A DNA stretch of 64,000 nucleotides, taken from a virus. Its lineage: Duplodnaviria; Caudoviricetes. Numbering within the stretch: position 1 is the stretch's first letter; the number at the start of each line of letters is the position of its first letter. The translations under genes and the position numbers were made by a program. Of the stretch, positions 55,684 through 64,000 are shown one piece after another. The stretch lies in the IMG/VR virus record IMGVR_UViG_3300020577_007420, positions 1 through 64,000 of that record; one strand, written 5' to 3'. Under the pieces are notes generated by a model that did no database searches, was not told the DNA's origin, and worked only from the letters and a program-made list of their open reading frames with translations.

Positions 55684-58600
55684 TATCGTACTTTATTTTG
55701 TATTTGAGTAAATGTCATTATATATGGTGCAGGTTCAAATGTATATCCTGTATAACCAATTGTGTTCCAAAGAGTTGCCATTAATTTAGAGTCACCCTTA
55801 TCTTTAATAGCACCTATTCCGTCCCACCAGTAGTTGTACTTTTTCTTATTCTTATAGTATAGGTCATTGGTATCTCCCATAAGGTGCTGAAAACTATACT
55901 TAAGTATAGCGGACATGTTATCTACTGCAGATTTTGGAGCACCAAATGGGTCAAATATTGCTCTCTTCATCTCCATATATCCCAATCCCCATACAGGAAG
56001 AGGTATAAATGTGCCCAACTCTCCCTGAACTCTCAGTGCTATAGTTATGGCTACTTGTTTTTCCCAAGACATTTTTGATAACTTCTTGTTTCTTTCATCA
56101 TCATCATCATCATATCCAAACACCATAGGAATTAATATACCCATTAAAATCAATAGTGCAATCTCAGTTATACTTCTTCTTGCAGCATGCTTATATAAAG
56201 GATTGGATGCCATCCATTTATAGTATTCTTTCTCCTCGTCTTTTCCAAATATAAACCCTTTAACAAAAGCTGCCAGAAGTTTTCCAAAAGCTCTATGATT
56301 TCCTATTCTCTCCCTTTCAAGGAAAACGTCCATTACTCTTCCTTGATATCTATTTAAAAGCATAGGAATCATGTACTTTTTCATCATTTCAAATGCTCTA
56401 CCAACAGAATATCTTGAAATCCAAGACTGCATATGGTCATAGTAGTTACCATGTAAAAGGGTATAGAATTGTAGTACTGCAGAACGTAATTTCTTAACTT
56501 GTTCACCATTTACTGGGTCCCAATCATTTTTCATATAAGAATATTCATCCTTTAGTGCAATAACTCCATCTTTAAGTGTATACAAATCGTAGAATTCTAA
56601 TTTTCTTCCATTATTATCTACAATATTTGACTTTCTCATTATGATAGTTATTGCTGTCTGTATACCTAATGCATTTTCAGGCTCGCTCCTAATCTTCATT
56701 AGGTAGGTTCTAACTCCGCTAGCCATATTCTTCCAAGATAGAAGACTTTGAAGATTTCTTGCACCCGGTAACATATTGAATGCCATTATCATCTGGCTAT
56801 GAAGTCCATGCTCCCCTGCATTAAAATAATCTTTCTCATATGCCGAGAAGAATTCAAGTGACTTTGTACTAGCCTTTCTAAATGTATCCATAGCACCATC
56901 ACCTATCATAGATTCAATTATCAACTGGGCTTCTCCACTAAGTACGTTTACAGCAGAACCAACTATATCACCAGCCAGTTTTAACCCAGCTATTGACATT
57001 GCAAAGTTTACAAAATTGGCAACTTGTGGAAGGTTAAATATACTTTCTGGAATCTTATCTAAGATAAGTCCATCGTACAACATCTTAGTAAGATTTGCTC
57101 TATTTTTTCCAGCAAGAGACCTTTCGTGTATAGATATATACATGTCTCTTATTGCTTTAACGATAGGTTTTGCAAAGTTCTTTTGTTTATATACATTTAA
57201 ATCTGTAATAAACATTGTAAGTGCTGCTATAGCATCTGCGGATGTTTCATCTATAGGAATATTTCTTATAGATTGAAGCTTTACATCATCGTCTTCTGTT
57301 CTTGATTTAGCCCCACCACTGAATCTATCATATACCTGTTGAGTAGCCAAGCCAATGTTTTCTAGTTCAGCTCTTGCTTCTTTCTCTGCATTAAACCATC
57401 CTGAAAAAGGAGTTCTACCAGCTGCATACTTAGCTGCCTTTTTTGGATTTTTAAGAAGCTTTATTTCCTCATACTCATCTATTCTCATAGCAGGAATTCT
57501 TAAATCAAATCTATCCTGCTCAAGTAATTCTTGTTGTCTTTGTAGAGAATATAACTTGAGTTTTTCAAGCAATTCAAATACAGGTCTTTTTGATGGGTTA
57601 TTCTTTAACTCATGATATTTATCATTCCAGTATTTTCCTTTTTTAGGTAATGGTAACCAGTTTCCATTAATATCTACAGTTGCAGATACTTGTCCGCTAA
57701 TAACTCTAGGGTCAGTATCATATATCTTCTCAGTTCTATGTTCATCCTTTACAACCCTATATGTTAAAAATTTTGGATATTCTTCTGTATAATACTTTTC
57801 ATCTGTGGGTTCAAATTTTGTAACAAGTCTTAAAGGACTAAATTGTTCATATCCATCAGGATTCATATCATCTCTTACAATCCTTGTAGTATGTAAATCA
57901 TTATAAAACTCTATCAGTTTTGCTAGGTTTTTTGCAGATAATTCTTCTAATTTATATTCTCTCTCCACACTTTCCTCATACCCATCTATAAACTTATTAA
58001 CTTCTTGTTCTACTTTCTCCTTTAATTCTTTTTGGTTTCTTAAATTATCACGAATAATAGTAGCAAGTTTATTAACATGACTTTTGTCATATTCATCATT
58101 ACTTAGATACTCACCAAAAATATTAAAATAGTTCTGTCTTGTTTCCTCTTTTGGATTATTTAAATACTCTGTAAGTGCAGATAGTAGATTACTCTTATAT
58201 TCAGATTTAATCTTTTCGAACCCTTCCAGTTTTTCAGTTCTCTTATTACTTGCATCACTTACTCTTTCAGAAGAAACATTTGCCATATAATTTACTACAG
58301 CAACAAATAATCCATCCTCTCTTCCGCCTAAAAGTTTTTCCCAATCGTACACAGCTGCCCTAAGAGTATCACCCTTACCTTTCATAAATGTATCATATGC
58401 CTCTTGATGAGCAGTCTTATATGAAGAATATGCAGTATCATCTTTTAAATATTGGTCAGCATAAGCCAAGAAAGATTGCATCATCATAGTATAATTATGT
58501 GTTACATTTCTTCCTGCCATTTCATCTAACTGAGCAAATAATTCATTTAATCTATCTTCATTTTCTCTACGGGCATTACTTTTTATATAAGGTACATTGC

Positions 58601-61600
58601 TTAAAAGAATATCAATAATTGATTGAACTCCCTCTAATAGAGGTACATCTGCAATAGTTTGAGTATTAGCATATTGTGCTAGAAGTGCTCTTGCTTGTCC
58701 GATTCCAGCTTGTTGTTCAAATGTCTTCGGTCCAAAATTTATGGTATTAAGCTTATCACCCAATTCACCAAGATTTGGAGACGAACGTACTATATCTATT
58801 AGCTTCTTTAACTCAACATCAGATATATCCCCTGTTGCTTTAAATATCTCTTTTATCTTATCTTCAATATTCTTTATGTTTGCTTTAGCAAAATCTATAC
58901 TCTCTCCATTTTTTAAATAGTTCTCATATTTAGTAAGAGCATCAGACATATATGAAATATATTGCAGTCCTGCAAGTATAGAGAACCCAGCTACTGCAGC
59001 CGGATTTCCAGCTGTAGCATTTATATATGTCATTATATTTCTGGCATTAGCTCTAAACCAAGAAGAATCCTGTTCCAATTGTTTGAACTCACTAATAAGA
59101 GTTTTATCAGAATCTAATTCTATAAACATTGCAGAGAACAGGTCAATCTCTCCTGATTCGGTATATAGATTTTTCTTTAGTCTTTTTTCAGTCTCTCTGA
59201 TGTCTTCTAGTAAAAACTTATATGGAGTAAATTCTCCTGCACTAAACATCAGTTCAGAAATTTCATTATAAATCTCCTCTCTAACTTTCCAAAATTCCTC
59301 AGTAGGTCTATTTATCTTATAAATTGCATTATATGATTTCTCTAAATCATTTCTTATTTCTGAATCGGTTTTATTAGCATAAAGTCTTGCCTCTTTAATT
59401 TTTGCAAGAGCATCGGATATTACCTTTTCTTTATGGTTAGCTCTGATTCTCTCTGTACCCTTCTCATCTACTGTATATAGTGCATCTACTTCTTCCATGA
59501 GTGCCTTATCCATAGGAGGCAAATCTTGTTGTAGACGACTTAGTTTTCTCTCAAGCATAGCCAACTCCATGGAATCCTTTATAAATGATTCTAAGTCCGA
59601 GAAATCAATATTTACACTATCCTCTATATTGAGCATAAATATTGATGAGTGTCTATTTCTAAGAGTTCTTATTCTTTGTTTCAGTATTTTTACCTGCTTT
59701 AATGTTTCTGAGTCACCTCTGTTTTCATTAAGTTTAGCAATAGTATCGTAATAGTAGTTAGTGTATGGCCTATTTGACCATTCTTTCAAGAAGTTATTAA
59801 GTTCTTCTTTTTTATCGGCTATTTCTTTTTGTTTTTCTTTTATTTTAGCTACTATTTCTGCATCTCCGGGCTTCTCCAACCAAGCTCTATTAAGGTTTCC
59901 TAAATCAGATTGCAGAGTACTTAATTCGTTTTGTATTACAGACTTGTCAAAAAAGAATTGAAACCTCTTTGTTTCAGAAAGAAATACACGAACCTCTCTC
60001 ATTTTATCTTTAGCAGAAGGTGAGAATATAGGTTGCACATCTTGGAGCATATTATTTAAATCATACCACTCCATTCCTGTCTTCTTTTGTAGGGGTGTTA
60101 TATCTCTCAGGAAAGAGATAGATTCTCCATATGCTATTGTTTTTCCCTTCAATATACTTTCGATAATAAACTTTACTGTAGTTGTTACAAGAGGGTCTTT
60201 CAATAAAGCTGGAGATGAACCAAAGAATATACCCATGTCTATATTATCTGTATCCAGTATGGGGCTCATATCTACTTTTAGACCTCCTCTCAACACCTCA
60301 AAATCTTTAAGATTTTCATCAAGCTTTCCTGTAGGATTAACATGAACAAATCTATTTAACCTATTTGTTAACATCTTCCAAACAGCTTCTTTATTAAGGA
60401 GTGGGTCAGAATATATTTGTTTTAATAGTGTATCTTTTAGCTTGCCATGTTCTGCCTCGTTGTATCCCTTAATAGTATTTTTTAATACATCTTCTGTCCA
60501 AGTTCCTGCATACTTTTGGATAAATGTAGTATAAAATCTCTTAAATTCCTCCTCTACTGTTGCTTCTACTTCCTTAAAAGTCAAGACCCCTTTCTCAATT
60601 ACAGACTTAACCAAGTCGAGAAGTCTTTCTTTTTTTCTCATATCTTCGTCGGTTTCACCGGGAAACTTTAGCTTTAGGTCTCTAAGTAATACCTGCAACT
60701 CTTTGGTTAGCTTATCAAAATTCTGAGCCATGTTGGAGTAATCAGCTAACTCTCTCATGTTATTAAGAAAATCATCAGCTCCATTTTGTTTTGATAACAT
60801 TACTTTTACTGCCTCTTTTATAGCATGAGGCAATACCTCAAATGCCTTATAAGATGCTGCTACATTCTCAAGAGCATTGATAATTGATATATAACTGAAT
60901 GTAGTATCAGAAAGCATTAACTTAAGAATATCATCTGCTGCCTTCATTCTATCAATAATAGCATATGCTTTATTAATATCTCCATCCTGAAGCTCTTGTC
61001 TAAAAGCATCATATTTACTGTCCTTTAAATCTTCATTGAAAAGACGGCCAAGTCTATTCTTCATGGCAGATGTGAAGATTTGGAGCTGCTTTACTACAGG
61101 TCCAAGTTCGTGGCCCTCTTCTTTATTATCTTCTACTATTGAGAAGAATATTGAATCATATGGAGTTGGAGCCCTTTTTAAGTCAAGCTGAGAGATGTCT
61201 TGGTTGATAATCTGCTGGGCAGCTTCCTTGAATGGGTTCTGGGTATGTTCATAGTATACAGGAACCTTTATGAAGAGCAGTTTTCTTATTGCCTTAAGGA
61301 TACCATTTACCAATCTCTTTATAAAAGACCTTTTCTTACCATATTTTTCATCAGCTTTATCGGTAAATGCAGCATTTACATAATCTCCTATTAACTGGGC
61401 AGCTGCTTCTCTTTTGATTTTATCAATATCAGGTTTCCCGTTCTTTTGATAAAAGATATTATCCTTGTACTTTCTGTATACTTCAGCATATTTAGGAAGG
61501 TCTATTATAGACTTTAGCATCTCCTTCTTAAGAGGATGAGAATCTGGAAGCAATTCTAAAAAGAAGTGGGCAACTTCGTGTGGAATTTCCTCAAAAGTAT

Positions 61601-62318
61601 CCCCAGCCTTTAGCATTATTATATAATCTGATATAAGTGAGACAGCCTTTGCATCTAAATCTGCAAACATTGAGACTCTTGCCTTAGGATTAAGCTTCTT
61701 CATAAACTTCATGAGCGTCTGAAGCTTTGGGTCTGCAAGCTCTCTGAAGTTTACCCAGTTATGCTCCTCGATAAGGTTTACAGATATACCCATCTTTTTA
61801 ATGTACTCCTCTCTTGCGTAAGCTGCAACTGTCTCAAAACCATCAGGGTCCATTGCAGCATATGCCATAGATAGATGTTTTGGGACATCCATCTTCCACT
61901 TATTAGGAGCAATTCTTACGAGTACATCTGCTTTAAAATCCTTATTTATTTTGTTTATAAAAGAAATATGAGGGGATTCCTTTCCTTCATACGGGAATAA
62001 CTTCTTTGCAAGTCCTACTATATAGGGACTAGCTACATCAAGAGCCTCTGTCTCATCAACAGAAGCAGAATATGCCAGTTGTTTCAAGAACATAACTGGT
62101 TCATTTTCAAGGTATTCTCTATGACTTTCCTTTACTTCTCCAGAAAATTTCACAGCCTCATTTACAATATCCATGTTTGGCTCAAACATTACTTCTCCTA
62201 TATCTTCGGAGGGTACAAGTGTATCTCCCTGAATAGAGAAAAGGTTCGTAGGAACCTGAGTTGCTATCTTTTCCTTTATAGCGGAAGTAATTTTATCTAT
62301 GTTAATTGAACACTTCAT
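55683..62318 (-). CDS. Giant (2211 aa) putative virion cargo protein with HExxH metallopeptidase-like motif
   Basis: Uninterrupted ORF; PHEVAH motif; long helical regions and a hydrophobic segment near the C-terminus. Confidence 0.8.
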   Translation of the reverse strand: MKCSINIDKITSAIKEKIATQVPTNLFSIQGDTLVPSEDIGEVMFEPNMDIVNEAVKFSGEVKESHREYLENEPVMFLKQLAYSASVDETEALDVASPYIVGLAKKLFPYEGKESPHISFINKINKDFKADVLVRIAPNKWKMDVPKHLSMAYAAMDPDGFETVAAYAREEYIKKMGISVNLIEEHNWVNFRELADPKLQTLMKFMKKLNPKARVSMFADLDAKAVSLISDYIIMLKAGDTFEEIPHEVAHFFLELLPDSHPLKKEMLKSIIDLPKYAEVYRKYKDNIFYQKNGKPDIDKIKREAAAQLIGDYVNAAFTDKADEKYGKKRSFIKRLVNGILKAIRKLLFIKVPVYYEHTQNPFKEAAQQIINQDISQLDLKRAPTPYDSIFFSIVEDNKEEGHELGPVVKQLQIFTSAMKNRLGRLFNEDLKDSKYDAFRQELQDGDINKAYAIIDRMKAADDILKLMLSDTTFSYISIINALENVAASYKAFEVLPHAIKEAVKVMLSKQNGADDFLNNMRELADYSNMAQNFDKLTKELQVLLRDLKLKFPGETDEDMRKKERLLDLVKSVIEKGVLTFKEVEATVEEEFKRFYTTFIQKYAGTWTEDVLKNTIKGYNEAEHGKLKDTLLKQIYSDPLLNKEAVWKMLTNRLNRFVHVNPTGKLDENLKDFEVLRGGLKVDMSPILDTDNIDMGIFFGSSPALLKDPLVTTTVKFIIESILKGKTIAYGESISFLRDITPLQKKTGMEWYDLNNMLQDVQPIFSPSAKDKMREVRVFLSETKRFQFFFDKSVIQNELSTLQSDLGNLNRAWLEKPGDAEIVAKIKEKQKEIADKKEELNNFLKEWSNRPYTNYYYDTIAKLNENRGDSETLKQVKILKQRIRTLRNRHSSIFMLNIEDSVNIDFSDLESFIKDSMELAMLERKLSRLQQDLPPMDKALMEEVDALYTVDEKGTERIRANHKEKVISDALAKIKEARLYANKTDSEIRNDLEKSYNAIYKINRPTEEFWKVREEIYNEISELMFSAGEFTPYKFLLEDIRETEKRLKKNLYTESGEIDLFSAMFIELDSDKTLISEFKQLEQDSSWFRANARNIMTYINATAGNPAAVAGFSILAGLQYISYMSDALTKYENYLKNGESIDFAKANIKNIEDKIKEIFKATGDISDVELKKLIDIVRSSPNLGELGDKLNTINFGPKTFEQQAGIGQARALLAQYANTQTIADVPLLEGVQSIIDILLSNVPYIKSNARRENEDRLNELFAQLDEMAGRNVTHNYTMMMQSFLAYADQYLKDDTAYSSYKTAHQEAYDTFMKGKGDTLRAAVYDWEKLLGGREDGLFVAVVNYMANVSSERVSDASNKRTEKLEGFEKIKSEYKSNLLSALTEYLNNPKEETRQNYFNIFGEYLSNDEYDKSHVNKLATIIRDNLRNQKELKEKVEQEVNKFIDGYEESVEREYKLEELSAKNLAKLIEFYNDLHTTRIVRDDMNPDGYEQFSPLRLVTKFEPTDEKYYTEEYPKFLTYRVVKDEHRTEKIYDTDPRVISGQVSATVDINGNWLPLPKKGKYWNDKYHELKNNPSKRPVFELLEKLKLYSLQRQQELLEQDRFDLRIPAMRIDEYEEIKLLKNPKKAAKYAAGRTPFSGWFNAEKEARAELENIGLATQQVYDRFSGGAKSRTEDDDVKLQSIRNIPIDETSADAIAALTMFITDLNVYKQKNFAKPIVKAIRDMYISIHERSLAGKNRANLTKMLYDGLILDKIPESIFNLPQVANFVNFAMSIAGLKLAGDIVGSAVNVLSGEAQLIIESMIGDGAMDTFRKASTKSLEFFSAYEKDYFNAGEHGLHSQMIMAFNMLPGARNLQSLLSWKNMASGVRTYLMKIRSEPENALGIQTAITIIMRKSNIVDNNGRKLEFYDLYTLKDGVIALKDEYSYMKNDWDPVNGEQVKKLRSAVLQFYTLLHGNYYDHMQSWISRYSVGRAFEMMKKYMIPMLLNRYQGRVMDVFLERERIGNHRAFGKLLAAFVKGFIFGKDEEKEYYKWMASNPLYKHAARRSITEIALLILMGILIPMVFGYDDDDDERNKKLSKMSWEKQVAITIALRVQGELGTFIPLPVWGLGYMEMKRAIFDPFGAPKSAVDNMSAILKYSFQHLMGDTNDLYYKNKKKYNYWWDGIGAIKDKGDSKLMATLWNTIGYTGYTFEPAPYIMTFTQIQNKVR

Positions 62319-62321
62319 ATT

Positions 62322-63041
62322 TTAACATTTGATTTCAATAGAAGGAAGGTCACCCTCCTGCTCTGTATTATTTATTTGTGTATTAGTAATAGGAATGGTT
62401 GGTTCAGAAGGAACAGCTAGCAATTCATATCTTTCTTCTCCTTTGACGGCAAGTCCTGCTCTTACGAGCTTGTCCCACATTCCAGTAGCTGAATCAGTCA
62501 TTCTTTCTGCAAATTTATCACTTCTTAGGATTAATCCCAATTTATTTAATTCTGCCCCAGCTTTTATATAAGAAATTGCACCAATTCCTCTGCCAGTATA
62601 TCTGCTATCAATATTGCTCATCTCTACGTTGAAGTTACTACCATCAATGCTTCCGTAGATGTGACCTATCTTTTCTCCCAGATATGATATAAGCATGGTC
62701 CCCTCCTCACCAAGTTCTGTGATATTTATATCAATTTTGCTATCTAAATTATAAGGAATATTTACTATATTCTGAAATTCAGATACATCATCTATGGCAG
62801 AAAATGCACCCTCATTGGGAATTAGTTTCACAACATATCCATCTTTTGGGGATATATCTTGCCTCATAGAGAACAAGGAGCCATAATCTACAAAATAATT
62901 GGTTTTTGCAAGAGCTGTAAGCTTTTTTATTGCAGCTGAAACCTTATCAGTAGATGATGTTACGGTCATATTTTTATCAATAAGACCCTTCTTCATGAGA
63001 TATTTCTTTGCTGTATTTAATGAACAACTACTCATTAGCAC
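62322..63041 (-). CDS. Hypothetical protein with possible GNAT-like domain
   Basis: YTGRGIG motif followed by LRSD...SATGMWDKL. Confidence 0.6.
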   Translation of the reverse strand: MLMSSCSLNTAKKYLMKKGLIDKNMTVTSSTDKVSAAIKKLTALAKTNYFVDYGSLFSMRQDISPKDGYVVKLIPNEGAFSAIDDVSEFQNIVNIPYNLDSKIDINITELGEEGTMLISYLGEKIGHIYGSIDGSNFNVEMSNIDSRYTGRGIGAISYIKAGAELNKLGLILRSDKFAERMTDSATGMWDKLVRAGLAVKGEERYELLAVPSEPTIPITNTQINNTEQEGDLPSIEIKC

Positions 63042-64000
63042 TTAAGATTATCGTTTTTAGTAATTCTAAAACTGTTAACACCTCTTATTCCTCCCATTAT
63101 TTTGGCAAGATTACTTCTAAACTGCTCAATTACAGGTGAGCTTCCGTAGCCTTTTTCTCCATAGATTGCACCAGTATAGTACTTATAGTAGTTATCTGGT
63201 ACCTCTTTTTGTCTTGGATTCTTTGCCTTGAAAGAGGAAAGGGGGTCAAAATCTTCACCCATTGGATTTTCGATATATTGGTCAATATCATTATATGGAG
63301 AATAATCTTCCGTAATTTCCTCACCCTCCTCTGCCATTCTCTCCATTGCCTCTTGTCTCTTTTCTTCTGATTTTCTTTCCCAAACAGTTTGCTTGGTATA
63401 CCATTCTATATCAGGATTCATTGCACGGAAAGCCTTTTTAAATCCATCCATAAATTGGTCGAGAAGAATAGCTTTTGCCTTTGCATCCAAAGGAACACTC
63501 ACTGTGCCGTATTCTAGATATCTATGGAAATTATCAATAGAAGTTTCTATTATATGCTTCTTTAAATTAAAAGGAATTAGGTGTGAAAAAGATGAACCAC
63601 CTCTATGTAGAATAGATGATTGGGCCACCAATCTAAGAGATAGTACTCGTATAAACTCTCTTATTTCTGCAATATTATCTCCATTCTTATATACATCCAT
63701 TCTATCCTCACTTAAGAAGTCATTGATTTCTGGATACAGAGATATATCAAAGTCAATCAATTTCTCAAAATCTTCTCTGATTGTTCTTTCTTCTATACTT
63801 CTTGTTACAGGGTCTGAGTTGATATTAAACTTTAGGAAGTACTGAGGAAGAGCATTTAATTTCTCAGCCAACGTATCTCTTTTCTTAGAAAATATTATAG
63901 GATGAGATATCTCTGTTGAAAGTAGTGAGAATATTTTTAAATCTCTTAATTCTGGATACTTTGCTTTAAATATATCAATCTGCTCAGAGAACAGGTCACT
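63035..64000 (-). CDS. C-terminal part of a large protein (start outside window)
   Basis: Frame stays open upstream of the track TTG at 63871 towards the window edge. Confidence 0.75.
   Translation of the reverse strand, partial: SDLFSEQIDIFKAKYPELRDLKIFSLLSTEISHPIIFSKKRDTLAEKLNALPQYFLKFNINSDPVTRSIEERTIREDFEKLIDFDISLYPEINDFLSEDRMDVYKNGDNIAEIREFIRVLSLRLVAQSSILHRGGSSFSHLIPFNLKKHIIETSIDNFHRYLEYGTVSVPLDAKAKAILLDQFMDGFKKAFRAMNPDIEWYTKQTVWERKSEEKRQEAMERMAEEGEEITEDYSPYNDIDQYIENPMGEDFDPLSSFKAKNPRQKEVPDNYYKYYTGAIYGEKGYGSSPVIEQFRSNLAKIMGGIRGVNSFRITKNDNLKC

Noticed and set aside
1-64000. Stop-codon reassignment, as in some crAss-like phages
   Set aside because: Long ORFs are intact in code 11, and TAG, TGA and TAA all end genes at sensible boundaries. 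Fragmented genes are explained by introns.

Overview
64 kb of a large lytic dsDNA phage genome, most likely infecting Bacteroidota and crAss-like in gene content. Host evidence is a recurring TTTG-N20-TAnnTTTG-type promoter; standard genetic code 11 fits. About 1-42.9 kb (+ strand) is a replication, repair and nucleotide-metabolism arm: family B DNA polymerase, DnaB-like and SF2 helicases, primase, UDG, rIIA/rIIB, DNA ligase, WGR-PARP, dNMP kinase, class II RNR, RecA and MazG. This arm is heavily invaded by selfish elements: six group I introns with reconstructed splice junctions, one intein, and free-standing or decayed homing endonucleases. About 42.9-64 kb (- strand, converging on a shared terminator) holds a lysis cassette, a block of four predicted glycosyltransferases interleaved with Thr/Ser-rich mucin-like and (G-T-S)n proteins, and large putative virion cargo proteins. 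Top leads: (1) a candidate phage-encoded protein O-glycosylation system with its likely substrates; (2) a eukaryote-like WGR-regulatory-catalytic PARP with an H-Y-E triad, plus a macrodomain-like gene and a deleted NAMPT remnant; (3) a tRNA-like RNA with a 47-nt structured insert replacing the anticodon loop; (4) introns in all three catalytic motifs of the polymerase. All protein family calls come from motif recognition by eye, not database searches.
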